Assembly (NCBI GenBank): GCA_947259405.1
Contig: CAMYLY010000004.1
Location: forward strand, 171,529-235,528
Direction: 5' to 3'
DNA length: 64,000 nt
Source: an uncultured Gemmatimonadales bacterium
GTDB taxonomy: Bacteria; Gemmatimonadota; Gemmatimonadetes; Gemmatimonadales; GWC2-71-9
A program made the position numbers and the translations under genes. Shown piece after piece: positions 37,995 to 49,334 of this stretch; the stretch's first letter is position 1; every line of letters starts with the position of its first letter. The notes beneath the pieces were generated by a model. That model was not told where the DNA came from and did not search any database. It saw only the letters and a program-made list of their open reading frames with translations.

Positions 37995-39209
37995 CTGAAA
38001 CTCACACCGTACCAAAAACGCCTGTTCGTCTTCCTCAGCGTCGCGACCTTTTTCGAGGGATACGATTTTACGGCGCTCAGCCAGATCCTGCCCAATCTCC
38101 GTGCCGACATGGGCTTGTCGCAGGGCGACGGAGGGTTAATCGTGGGCGTCATCAGCATCGGCACGATCGTCTCGTACTTCTTGGTGCGGTTGGCCGACAA
38201 GTGGGGCCGGAAAAGGGTCCTGGCCATGACGATCCTCGGGTACGCGTTGTTTACGTTCATGACAGCGTTGTCTCGCGGCGCGATCGACTTTACGGTTTAC
38301 CAGTTCATCGGGCGCGTCTTTCTCATCGCCGAGTGGGCGCTCAGCATGGTGATTGCGGCTGAAGAATATCCCGCTGAGCAACGCGGGTTCGTGTTGGGCG
38401 TCATTCAGGCGTTCAACTCATTGGGCTCGATCACCTGCGCCGCGGTGGCGCCGCTGCTGTTGGCAACCCCGTACGGCTGGCGGTCCGTATACCTCGTCGG
38501 GATCATCCCGCTGCTGCTGCTGGCCTACGCGCGGCGAGGGTTGAGGGAGACCGAACGCTACGCCGCGTACGCCGCCGAGAGGACGGAGACACGACGACCG
38601 CTCGTAGCGATCTTGCGGAGCCCATACCGAAATCGCGTGCTCCAGTTAGCGTTGATTTGGGGACTTACGTACATGTGTACGAACACGGTGGTGGTGTTTT
38701 GGAAGGAATACGCTGTCGGCGAGGCTGGTTTCACCGACGGGCAGGTGGGCCTCGCGATCGCGATCGCCTCCATCTTCGCGTTGCCATTTGTCTTCAGCGT
38801 TGGCAAGCTGTTGGATGTCTGGGGTCGCCGCAGCAGCGCCCTACTCATCTACGGGGTGTGTGCGGTCTTTGTCGTCCTCGCCTATCAGCTCACCAGCTTC
38901 TGGATCCTTACGGCCGCTCTCTCTTTCGCCATCTTCGCGGCGATCGCACTACTCGCATTGCTCAACGCGTATACAACGGAACTGTTTCCCACCGACATGC
39001 GTGCCGATGCGTTCGCCTGGTCCAACAACCTGCTGGGCCGAATCGGCTACGTGATCGCACCCATCATCGTTGGCAGGGCAGCGGAGAGCATCGGCTGGGG
39101 GAACGCTGTGTCGTTTACCGTGGTATCCGTCGTCTTGGCGCTCATCCTGATACTCTGGCTGCTTCCAGAAACCGCACAGCGCGAACTCGAGGAAACGTCG
39201 GCTGTCTAA
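37995..39209 (+). CDS. MFS transporter (probable CTG start)
   Basis: The track ORF starts at ATG 38109, but the frame is open from 37986. Residues upstream of that ATG encode the first MFS helix (LKLTPYQKRLFVFLSVATFFEGYDFTALSQILPNLRAD). The only start-like codon there is CTG at 37995. Confidence 0.7.
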   Translation: MKLTPYQKRLFVFLSVATFFEGYDFTALSQILPNLRADMGLSQGDGGLIVGVISIGTIVSYFLVRLADKWGRKRVLAMTILGYALFTFMTALSRGAIDFTVYQFIGRVFLIAEWALSMVIAAEEYPAEQRGFVLGVIQAFNSLGSITCAAVAPLLLATPYGWRSVYLVGIIPLLLLAYARRGLRETERYAAYAAERTETRRPLVAILRSPYRNRVLQLALIWGLTYMCTNTVVVFWKEYAVGEAGFTDGQVGLAIAIASIFALPFVFSVGKLLDVWGRRSSALLIYGVCAVFVVLAYQLTSFWILTAALSFAIFAAIALLALLNAYTTELFPTDMRADAFAWSNNLLGRIGYVIAPIIVGRAAESIGWGNAVSFTVVSVVLALILILWLLPETAQRELEETSAV

Positions 39210-39264
39210 GCGCTAGACCACTGGGCCATTCCACCCTATTCTTGACGGGGACAACACCGACGCT

Positions 39265-40098
39265 ATGGCCATCCCGCTCGACACCGTACAGAACGCGCTT
39301 GCCGATCGCTATCGGATCGAATCCGAGGTCGGGCGCGGAGCGATGGCTACGGTGTTTCGAGGGAGGGACGGAGAGGACCGCGACATCGCGCTTAAGGTGC
39401 TACGGCCGGAGTTCGCGGTGACGATCATCGGCGACCGATTCCACCGCGAAATCGCTATCCTTTCCCAACTCAACCACCCCAACATTCTCCCGCTCTACGA
39501 ATCCGGCGAAGCCAACCGCCTGGTGTACTTCACCATGCCGTTTGCGACCGGAGGGACGCTGCGCGATCGCATCGACGCCCAAAATGGAGAGGTGTCGATG
39601 GCTACCACCGCACGGATCGTGACCGAAGTCGCCGACGGATTGGATCACGCGCACGCGGCGGGCGTCATTCATCGCGACATCAAGCCGGAGAACATCATCT
39701 TCGACCATGAGACCGCCGTGATCTGCGACTTCGGGATCGCTCGGGCGCTAGTCTCCGCCGGCGGCGAACGGATATCGACGAGCGGCCTCGTAGTCGGTAC
39801 TCCCGCGTATATGAGCCCAGAACAGGCGTCGGGCCTGCCAGAAATCGACCACCGCGCGGACATTTACGGGCTTGCGTGTGTCGTCTTCGAGATGTTGGCC
39901 GGGGAGCCGCCGTTCACCGGGAGGTCGACACAGGCGATCATGACCAAGCAGGTCAAGGAACCACCACCGTCGTTACGTATCGTGCGCCCTGAATTACCGG
40001 CCCGGGTGGAAGAGGCAGTCAACACCGCACTGGCGAAGAAACCGGAGGATCGATTCGGCTCCGGAACCGAGTTCGCCGCTGCGCTCCGAGGCTCATAA
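39265..40098 (+). CDS. Ser/Thr protein kinase, catalytic domain only
   Basis: The 277-aa ORF carries GRGAMATVF, IALKVL, HRDIKPENIIF, DFGIARAL and GTPAYMSPEQ. It has no TM or sensor domain. Confidence 0.85.
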   Translation: MAIPLDTVQNALADRYRIESEVGRGAMATVFRGRDGEDRDIALKVLRPEFAVTIIGDRFHREIAILSQLNHPNILPLYESGEANRLVYFTMPFATGGTLRDRIDAQNGEVSMATTARIVTEVADGLDHAHAAGVIHRDIKPENIIFDHETAVICDFGIARALVSAGGERISTSGLVVGTPAYMSPEQASGLPEIDHRADIYGLACVVFEMLAGEPPFTGRSTQAIMTKQVKEPPPSLRIVRPELPARVEEAVNTALAKKPEDRFGSGTEFAAALRGS

Positions 40099-41067
40099 AC
40101 CCGCGCCGCTCATGCCACGCTCCACGATGCGAGCGCCGGCCACGAGGTCCTGGACACATACTCCCACCGACTTGAACATCGTGACCTGCTCGGGGCTCGT
40201 CCGACCGGCGCTCGCTCCATTTATGATGTCACCGAGCTCGACGAGATCGTGCTTGTCGACCCACTGCCTCTCAATCGCCGCGACCACCTCCCCAGCTTCC
40301 GCCAGTGCTGCCGGGATATGGTCGACGACCAGGTAGGCCGATCGGAGGAGGAGCGGGTCGATCTCCCGCATTCGACGCGTGAACGATCCCACGGCGTTGA
40401 CGTGTGTTCCGGGTCGCACGACGTCGGCAGGGAATACTGGTTCGGCAGAGTTCGTTGCGGTACACACGATGTCCGCGGAAGCTACAGCGTCCGGAATCGA
40501 ATCCGGTCGTGTGACCGAAGCGCTGCGAAGCCAGTTCGCTGATTCGAGCTCGCGGATCATCCGGGTCGCACTCGCCTCCGTTCTCGCGCAAACCTGAACC
40601 TGGCGTATCGAACGCACGCGACACACTGCCTCGAGCTGCGTCCGCGCTTGCGGTCCAGCACCGACCACGGTGACGCTGGTTGCATCGGGACGCGCCAACA
40701 TATCCGTGGCAAGCCCGCTCGCCGCACCGGTTCGAATGGCCGTGAGCGATTCGCCATCGATGAGGGCGCATGGCGTCCCCTCTTGGTCGTCGAGGAGGAT
40801 GACGACCGCCTGTACAGCAGACTTCCCTCGCGCAGGGTTGTCCGGGAACACCGAGACGATCTTCGCCCCCAGCCCGTATCGCAGGTCGCACCGGCCAGGC
40901 ATGACGAGTGTCACGGCGCCACCACCGCAGGGTACGACGCTCCGCTGCGGCATGTCGACCCGACCAGCCGACAGCTCTCCGAACGCAACGCGCATCGCTT
41001 CGATGGCCTCACCCATCGGGAGGGCACGCCGCACTTCTTCGGCAGAGTAGTAGCGCGGTTGGGTCAT
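40093..41067 (-). CDS. Ornithine cyclodeaminase / mu-crystallin family protein
   Basis: Start at Met24 of track ORF 40093..41136 (MTQPRYYSAEEVRRALPMGEAIEAMRVAFGELSAG). The Rossmann motif is VTVVGAGPQARTQLEA. Confidence 0.8.
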   Translation of the reverse strand: MTQPRYYSAEEVRRALPMGEAIEAMRVAFGELSAGRVDMPQRSVVPCGGGAVTLVMPGRCDLRYGLGAKIVSVFPDNPARGKSAVQAVVILLDDQEGTPCALIDGESLTAIRTGAASGLATDMLARPDATSVTVVGAGPQARTQLEAVCRVRSIRQVQVCARTEASATRMIRELESANWLRSASVTRPDSIPDAVASADIVCTATNSAEPVFPADVVRPGTHVNAVGSFTRRMREIDPLLLRSAYLVVDHIPAALAEAGEVVAAIERQWVDKHDLVELGDIINGASAGRTSPEQVTMFKSVGVCVQDLVAGARIVERGMSGAGL

Positions 41068-41134
41068 GAGCCTAGCGCGGTAGGGGTGCGGTACTAACAT
41101 TCCGTTCCGTCCCAGACATCGCAACGGACCGCCC

Positions 41135-41224
41135 ATGCTCTCGTTCTATTTGGTCATGTTCGTCTTGCCAGCCGGTATCGTCGGGGCCGCGCTGTGGCTC
41201 GCACGCCCAAAGAACCGCTCCTGA
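41135..41224 (+). CDS. 29-aa hydrophobic peptide, candidate symporter small accessory protein
   Basis: Not in the ORF track. My translation is MLSFYLVMFVLPAGIVGAALWLARPKNRS. Its TGA (41222-41224) overlaps the ATG (41224) of the downstream SSS transporter. Confidence 0.45.
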   Translation: MLSFYLVMFVLPAGIVGAALWLARPKNRS

Positions 41225-42723
41225 TGGAAGACGCGCTCACCGTCGAGATCACTGCGGATCCGTGGGCGGTCACCGCCTTTACCGGATACCTGCTCGTCGT
41301 GGTAGCCATCGGCATCTTCACGGCACGGTTCTCCTCACGCGGCGTCAGTCAGTTCTTCGTCGGCGGCCGCAAGGTCAATCGGTTCGTGGTGGCTTTGTCG
41401 GCTGTGGTCTCTGGCCGAAGCGCCTGGCTGCTGTTGGGCGTCACCGGGATGGCATACACCGTCGGAGCACAGGCAGTCTGGTCCGTGACGGGCTATATCG
41501 TCGCCGAACTCCTCCTCTTTATCTACTACGCGGGCCCGCTACGACGTTTCAGCGAACGGTATGACTGCGTCACGCTGCCAGACTTCTTTGCCGCGCGATT
41601 CGGCGACCGCGATGGCCTGCTTCGCATCACGCTAATGGTCGTCATTCTCATCTTCATGGTCAGCTACGTCTCAGCGCAGTTCGTGGCTGGTGGAAAAGCG
41701 TTCCAAGCAGGATTCGGACTTTCGGAACGCAGTGGCGTGTTCCTCACGGCGGGGATCGTGCTCGTCTATACCGTACTTGGTGGTTTCCTCGCTGTGAGTC
41801 TCACGGATGCGCTACAAGCAGTATTCATGATCCTGGCGTTGCTCGTGCTTCCCATCATCGCCATCGCCGACCGGGGGGGGCTCGCGGTAGTCTTGAGTGA
41901 ACTCCGGTCCATCGACCCGCTTCTGCTGAACCCGCTCCCCTTCACCGCAGGGGTCCTGATCGCTGCAATCGGCAACCTGAGCATTGGCTTGGGTTCACCC
42001 GGCAATCCGCACATCATCGTCCGGTACATGTCCATTGACGACCCCGCGCAGTTGCGGTTTTCCGCCATCGTCGGGACCCTGTGGAACGTCATGATGGCTT
42101 GGGGAGCGCTGTTCATCGGACTGGTGGGCCGCGTTTACGTTCCCGACGTCACCACCCTGCCCGCCCAGGACCCCGAGAACTTGTTCCCGGTGCTCGCTCA
42201 ACAGCATTTACCGCCGATTCTGTTCGGCATCGTCGTGGCCGCGGTGTTCGCGGCAATCATGTCCACGGCCGACTCACAACTCCTCGTGGGGGCCTCGAGC
42301 GTCGTGCGTGATCTTTACCAGAAAACCCTCGCCCGCGACCGGCAGGTCCCCGACCGCACGTTGGTAGTCATGAGCCGTGCCGTCGTTGTGCTGTTGGTCG
42401 TCGCTGCGCTCGGGCTTGGCATGGTGGCCGAGGCGCTCGTGTTTTGGCTGGTGCTCTTCGCCTGGGCGGGACTGGGTGCGGCACTTGGTCCCACTTCCAT
42501 TCTCGCAATGTTCTGGAGACGAACGACGCGCGCTGGCGTGATCGCAGGCATCATCGCTGGCACATTGGCAACCATTGTGTGGGATCGAACGCCGGTCCTT
42601 GCAGGACTCATCTACGAGCTCATTCCCGCGTTCGGCCTGTCGCTCATCATAACGGTCGTCGTCTCATGGTGGACGAAGCCGCCCGAGGACACGGACGCTC
42701 TGCTCGCTTCCATGGAGGAGTGA
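41224..42723 (+). CDS. Sodium:solute symporter (PutP/PanF-like SSS family)
   Basis: Track ORF 41194..42723. The preferred start is Met11 (MEDALTVEITADPWAVTAFTGYLLVVVAIGIF). SSS-like motifs: FFVGGRKVNRFVVALSAVVSGRSAWLLLG. Confidence 0.8.
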   Translation: MEDALTVEITADPWAVTAFTGYLLVVVAIGIFTARFSSRGVSQFFVGGRKVNRFVVALSAVVSGRSAWLLLGVTGMAYTVGAQAVWSVTGYIVAELLLFIYYAGPLRRFSERYDCVTLPDFFAARFGDRDGLLRITLMVVILIFMVSYVSAQFVAGGKAFQAGFGLSERSGVFLTAGIVLVYTVLGGFLAVSLTDALQAVFMILALLVLPIIAIADRGGLAVVLSELRSIDPLLLNPLPFTAGVLIAAIGNLSIGLGSPGNPHIIVRYMSIDDPAQLRFSAIVGTLWNVMMAWGALFIGLVGRVYVPDVTTLPAQDPENLFPVLAQQHLPPILFGIVVAAVFAAIMSTADSQLLVGASSVVRDLYQKTLARDRQVPDRTLVVMSRAVVVLLVVAALGLGMVAEALVFWLVLFAWAGLGAALGPTSILAMFWRRTTRAGVIAGIIAGTLATIVWDRTPVLAGLIYELIPAFGLSLIITVVVSWWTKPPEDTDALLASMEE

Positions 42724-42730
42724 CGAAGAA

Positions 42731-42759
42731 ACGGCCCCGGACTGCAGGTCCGGGGCCGT
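42731..42759. terminator. Perfect 12-bp GC hairpin between convergent genes
   Basis: ACGGCCCCGGAC-tgcag-GTCCGGGGCCGT. On the minus strand it is followed by TTTCTTCGTCA, a T-rich tail for the 42783..43283 gene. It lies 8 nt after the symporter stop. Confidence 0.7.
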
Positions 42760-42782
42760 CAGCTCCCATGCCGCAACGGGAA

Positions 42783-43283
42783 TCAGGTTCGGTTGAGAAC
42801 CATCACTAAGGTCGCGGGTACCTCAGGATTTCCTTGCAAGGTGAAATCGAACTCTACGTCGCTTGCGGAGAGCGTCAGTAGGTTTCCAGACAGTGTAAAC
42901 GTGTCGAAGACGAAGGGCTCGCTTGGGAGCAACTCGATTGGACCAGCGGTCACCGTGTCAGATACGGCGAGCGTAATGGTCGTGCCCGAGATGCTGATGG
43001 TACCTGAAAATGGCACAGCGGGCTGGCCCAGGGCGTACACGAGGCTTGCGTCATACGAGCCGTCCGCCGCCACGGTGATCGACACGCTCCCGCCCGCCGT
43101 CGTGATGAGATCGAGCGCCTGTGTTGGATCCGCCACTGGAGCGTACTCGAACCTGCTGGCCGTCCACGTGCCTGCCAGATCCGCCACCGTCACACCGCCG
43201 TTGCCATTTGGACCTTCATCGCCACACGCCACGGCCATCCCGACTAGCGCGGCCGCCGTCACAAATCTTTTCATCGCTTTCAT
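42783..43283 (-). CDS. Hypothetical lipoprotein
   Basis: Start at Met8 of track ORF 42783..43304 (MKAMKRFVTAAALVGMAVAC, a lipobox), with GGGGGA upstream. It is beta-rich (lipocalin-like pattern). I recognise no family. Confidence 0.55.
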   Translation of the reverse strand: MKAMKRFVTAAALVGMAVACGDEGPNGNGGVTVADLAGTWTASRFEYAPVADPTQALDLITTAGGSVSITVAADGSYDASLVYALGQPAVPFSGTISISGTTITLAVSDTVTAGPIELLPSEPFVFDTFTLSGNLLTLSASDVEFDFTLQGNPEVPATLVMVLNRT

Positions 43284-43420
43284 ACCTGTTCCCCCTTGAG
43301 ACAACGCTCTTCTCGCAGAACCCCAACTATAGTCGATTCCCCCACCCGGTCAACGTGCGCATGGAACGGGAGGGGCCGAGGTGGTTATCATCAATCCCCG
43401 TTCCACGACGAGAGGTCACG

Positions 43421-44761
43421 ATGATCGCACCGGTACTGGGCATCGTTGCAGCAGCTCTAACCTACCAGGGAGACACTACTTACGCATTCATGAACGTCTC
43501 CGTGATTCCGATGTCGTCGGAGGTGGTGCTCGCAGATCAAACCGTGTTGGTGCGGGAGGGTCGTGTCGCCGCCGTCGGTCAAACCGGCACCGTCTTTGTG
43601 CCCATCGGGACCGTACTGATCGACGGCCGTGACAAGTTCCTCATGCCGGGCCTGGCCGAGATGCACGCGCATATCCCGCAAGAGCGCGAAGCAGCGGAAG
43701 AAGTGCTCTTTCTCTACGCCTCGGCGGGTGTGACCACCATTCGAGGGATGTTAGGCCATCCGATGCACCTCCAACTTCGACACGAGGTGGCTGAAGGTCG
43801 AGTGCTGGGTCCCCGCATCTGGACATCCTCGCCGTCTGTCAATGGCCGATCCGTTCCCACACCAGCCGCGGCGGATTCCGCCGCTCGCGCCGCAAAGGCG
43901 GCCGGGTACGACTTCATCAAGGTCCACCCAGGGCCGACTTGGGCGGCCTTCAGTCAACTCGATGCAACGGCCGACGAAGTCGGGATTCCGTTCTCGGGCC
44001 ATGTCCCCGCTGCAGTCGGTCTCCTCCGCGCACTGGACGCGAAGTACGCGTCCATCGACCACCTGGACCAGTACATCGAGGCGCTCGTGTCGGACGATCC
44101 ACCGTCCGCTGCACTCGAGGGCGGGTGGTTTGGCGCGAATATCGCGATGAGCGCAGATGAGACTCGCATCCCGCACGTTGCACGACTGACGAAGGAAGCC
44201 GGAGTCTGGAATGTGCCCACCCAGACGTTGGCCGTGAGCTATGCGACCACCGAAACCGCCGAGTCGATGGCGCGGAGGTGGGAGCTGCAGTACGTCTCGC
44301 CGCGAACGCGTGAGCGGTGGATCGGCTGGAAGAACAACGCCGACAGTAGCGGCCCAGATGCGGCGACCTTGACGCGATACGTTGAGCTCCGTCAAAAGCT
44401 GATCAAGGCGCTACACGATGAAGGTGCTGGGTTGTTGCTCGGATCAGACGCTCCGCAGGTGTGGAACGTACCCGGGTTCGCCGTGTGGAGAGAACTCGAG
44501 ACAATCGTCGACGCTGGGCTTACGCCGTACGAGGCCTTGCGAACGGGCACGGTGAATGTTGCGGAGTTCTTCGGCGTCGAGGAGGAGCAAGGGACCGTCG
44601 AGGCAGGAAAGAGAGCTGACCTCATCCTGCTAGACAGCAACCCTCTACTCGATATCCCCGAAGTGGGCGTCCCGGCTGGGGTCATGTTGCATGGTCGCTG
44701 GCTCTCGAGCGAGGAGGTCACGGCTCACCTGACCGCCATAGCAGAGAAGTACCGGTCTTGA
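43421..44761 (+). CDS. Amidohydrolase family protein
   Basis: Start at Met101 (or Met81 at 43361) of track ORF 43121..44761. Motifs seen: LMPGLAEMHAHIP, IKVHPG, GIPFSGHV, GSDAP, GTVEAGKRADLILLDSNPL. Confidence 0.75.
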   Translation: MIAPVLGIVAAALTYQGDTTYAFMNVSVIPMSSEVVLADQTVLVREGRVAAVGQTGTVFVPIGTVLIDGRDKFLMPGLAEMHAHIPQEREAAEEVLFLYASAGVTTIRGMLGHPMHLQLRHEVAEGRVLGPRIWTSSPSVNGRSVPTPAAADSAARAAKAAGYDFIKVHPGPTWAAFSQLDATADEVGIPFSGHVPAAVGLLRALDAKYASIDHLDQYIEALVSDDPPSAALEGGWFGANIAMSADETRIPHVARLTKEAGVWNVPTQTLAVSYATTETAESMARRWELQYVSPRTRERWIGWKNNADSSGPDAATLTRYVELRQKLIKALHDEGAGLLLGSDAPQVWNVPGFAVWRELETIVDAGLTPYEALRTGTVNVAEFFGVEEEQGTVEAGKRADLILLDSNPLLDIPEVGVPAGVMLHGRWLSSEEVTAHLTAIAEKYRS

Positions 44762-44797
44762 ACAAGTCACCTGGCGGGAACCGAATGGGGGGCTGTT

Positions 44798-45166
44798 GTG
44801 GTAGTAGGGGGCGTGAGACTTCGCGACCCTCAGCGATGGCGCCTTCGCGAAGAGCGACGGGCCTTCACGTTCGGACCGTTTCGAGTTGACACGTTAGCGC
44901 GCTCGGTGTCCCGTGATGGCGAGACCATTGCATTGACACCAAAGGAATTCGACCTCCTGGTGGCTCTTTATGATCGAGGAGGCGGGGCCGTATCTCGCCT
45001 TGAACTCCTCCAAGAGGTTTGGGGATACAACTCAGGGGTCGTCAGCCGCACGGTGGACACGCATGTTGCCGAACTGCGGCGGAAGCTCGAAACCAACCCC
45101 TCGCAACCGCGACACATCCTGACGGTGCGGCGAGTCGGATACCGCTTCTCGCACGACGCCTGCTAA
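44798..45166 (+). CDS. Stand-alone OmpR/PhoB-type winged-helix DNA-binding protein (no receiver domain)
   Basis: The 122-aa protein reads FTFGPFRVDTLARSVSRDGETIALTPKEFDLLVALYDRGGGAVSRLELLQEVWGY...VDTHVAELRRKLE...ILTVRRVGYRF. Only about 20 residues precede the domain. Confidence 0.75.
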   Translation: MVVGGVRLRDPQRWRLREERRAFTFGPFRVDTLARSVSRDGETIALTPKEFDLLVALYDRGGGAVSRLELLQEVWGYNSGVVSRTVDTHVAELRRKLETNPSQPRHILTVRRVGYRFSHDAC

Positions 45167-45295
45167 GCGTCCGCCGTTACGATCGAATTCGCAACCCGAC
45201 GCAACCGTCTCCAACAACACGGCATCTTCTTCAAGGTTGGAATCGGGAATACCCCACACCTCACCTGGGGGCCGTCATCACCGCCGTACGTGCGC

Positions 45296-46558
45296 TCATG
45301 TAAACCTCGCAACCAGGTAGACCAGCGCCGTTCCTCCCAAGAGTATCAGACCAATCCACGACCACCACACCATCGCTCCACTCGGACGATGTTCGTGTGG
45401 CACTGACGACGACTGCACCGCTCGCAAGTTGAGATAGCCCAGCGCCGGCGCCGTTACGAAGGATACGATCGTCGCGAAGTCGACCATCGCCGTTAGGCTA
45501 CGTACGAAGACGGCGAGTACCGCAACGGTGCCAATGCCAATCACGATGATGGCCAACCAGTACACCCGCGCCCCGCTGGGTACCGGCTCGTTCAACGGTA
45601 CGACGAGACGCAATACAGAGCGTTCGATACCGCGTGGGAATCCGTCGACGACGGTAAGCGACGTCGAAAGCATCGTTGTGAGAACGGAGATCATGACCAC
45701 CGGTCGCATCCATCCGCCGAGCGTGGATCCATACAGATCGACCAACTGCGTCGCGAACGCCGTGCCCTGCGTCGAAAACGTCTCGCCCGAACCGTACATC
45801 ACTCCCGCACCCAGGATCAGGAAGGCGACTGCGAAGAAGCTCGTGCCGAGGTAGCCAATCTTGAAGTCAAGCTTCGCATGTTCCACGTCCACCCGGCTCC
45901 CGGTCGCATCGTTCTTGGCCAACGTCCACAGTGAGCTCCAGATCGAGATGTCGATGGCCGACGGCATCCATCCCATCAACGCCAAGAGGAAGGCAAAAGG
46001 CACGACGGTCCCAACGATATCCCCAGGCCACAGTCGAAGGGTTCCGAAATCTGCTCGTGGAATTGTGACGGTCGCGGCCCACAGTGTCGAAACAGCGAGG
46101 AGCAACAAGATCACCTTGATCGCCGCATCGAGGAGCTTGTATCTCCCCAACGCGAGTAATCCGGCACATGCCGTTACGACAAGCCCGCCCACGATTGGTA
46201 GCGACCAGTTCAGTCCGAACACGAACGTGAACAGATAGGCCGTGAAAGCGACGACTGCCGCTTGAATCACCACCGCCGTCGACACCGTAATCAGCAGATA
46301 GAGCACCACGGCCCAACGTCCAATCCGCACGTATCCTTCGATGAGACTCTCTCCGGTCGCAGCGGCGTAACGAGGGCCATACTCGAAAAACGGATATTTC
46401 AAGACCAACGCGAGCAGGATGACGCCTGCGAGGGCGAATCCTGCATCCGCACCTGCGCGTGTCGATTGCACGAGATGCGACACGCCGATGGCAGCGGCCG
46501 CCCACAGAAGGCCCGGTCCAAAGCTGGTCCAGAACCGTGACCGTCGAGAAGTGTTCAT
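45296..46558 (-). CDS. NRAMP-superfamily transporter with a non-canonical TM1 metal-site motif
   Basis: The preferred start is Met11 (ATG) of track ORF 45296..46588. GPGLLWAAAAIGVSHLVQSTRAGADAGFAL aligns to MntH A(V)[20 protein letters not shown], with DPGN replaced by GVSH. Confidence 0.6.
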   Translation of the reverse strand: MNTSRRSRFWTSFGPGLLWAAAAIGVSHLVQSTRAGADAGFALAGVILLALVLKYPFFEYGPRYAAATGESLIEGYVRIGRWAVVLYLLITVSTAVVIQAAVVAFTAYLFTFVFGLNWSLPIVGGLVVTACAGLLALGRYKLLDAAIKVILLLLAVSTLWAATVTIPRADFGTLRLWPGDIVGTVVPFAFLLALMGWMPSAIDISIWSSLWTLAKNDATGSRVDVEHAKLDFKIGYLGTSFFAVAFLILGAGVMYGSGETFSTQGTAFATQLVDLYGSTLGGWMRPVVMISVLTTMLSTSLTVVDGFPRGIERSVLRLVVPLNEPVPSGARVYWLAIIVIGIGTVAVLAVFVRSLTAMVDFATIVSFVTAPALGYLNLRAVQSSSVPHEHRPSGAMVWWSWIGLILLGGTALVYLVARFT

Positions 46559-46658
46559 GGTGAGAAAGGATACAGCTGGGCGGCTCAAGGGGATAGCAAG
46601 GGCGGAGGCCGAATGGGACGGTCATCGGTGCCGTCGCCCTGCGTTGCTTCTGTCCCTT

Positions 46659-47405
46659 CTATTCGACCGCCATCACGCTTGCTTTGAAAAGATCGCGATT
46701 CAACCTCGCTATAAATTCGACGCTGATTTCCTTCGGGCAGGCAATCTCACACTCGCCGTGATTGGTGCACCCGCCAAAACCAGCTGCATCCATCATGGAG
46801 ACCATCTTCAGGGCTCGCTCGTCTCGTTCAGGCTGACCTTGCGGCAGCAATCCGAGATGTGATGCTTTGGCCGCCGTGAAGAGCATGGCAGAAGCGTTGG
46901 GGCACGCTGCGACACATGCTCCACAGCCTATGCAAGCGGCGGCATCCATCGCGAGCTCAGCATCGTCTTTCGGAATCGGAATCGCGTTGGCATCCGGCGC
47001 GCTTCCTGTCCGTGCCGTGATGTACCCACCGGCCTGAACAATCGCGTCGAGCGGTGACCGATCGACGACCAGGTCTTTGATGACCGGAAACGCGGCTGCT
47101 CGCCACGGCTCGATCCAGATCTCGTCGCCGTCACGGAACTTGCGCATATGCAATTGGCAGGTCGCCGTGCCTCGGGTGGGGCCGTGTGGCACACCGTTGA
47201 TCACGATTCCGCACGAGCCGCAGATCCCTTCACGGCAGTCGTGCTCGAACGCGACAGGCTCTTCGTCGTTCGCCGCCAGTTCCTCGTTGAGCGAATCAAG
47301 CATCTCCAGGAACGACATGTGCGGATTGGCCGCGACGCGATGTGTCGCAAACGCCCCCTTCACGTTCGGTCCAGCTTGGCGCCACACATGGAGCACGAGT
47401 TGCAT
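46659..47405 (-). CDS. sdhB: Succinate dehydrogenase / fumarate reductase iron-sulfur subunit
   Basis: Cys clusters [22 protein letters not shown] and [12 protein letters not shown]. Confidence 0.9.
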   Translation of the reverse strand: MQLVLHVWRQAGPNVKGAFATHRVAANPHMSFLEMLDSLNEELAANDEEPVAFEHDCREGICGSCGIVINGVPHGPTRGTATCQLHMRKFRDGDEIWIEPWRAAAFPVIKDLVVDRSPLDAIVQAGGYITARTGSAPDANAIPIPKDDAELAMDAAACIGCGACVAACPNASAMLFTAAKASHLGLLPQGQPERDERALKMVSMMDAAGFGGCTNHGECEIACPKEISVEFIARLNRDLFKASVMAVE

Positions 47406-49319
<1,914 letters not shown>

Positions 49320-49334
49320 GACGCGTCCCTCACC

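Noticed and set aside
46559-46658. A possible Mn-responsive (yybP-ykoY-type) riboswitch in the 100-nt leader of the NRAMP-like gene.
   Set aside because: I could not find the conserved GGGGAGUAG-type or GAGAGAC-type elements in either orientation. The transporter also lacks the canonical Mn-binding motif.
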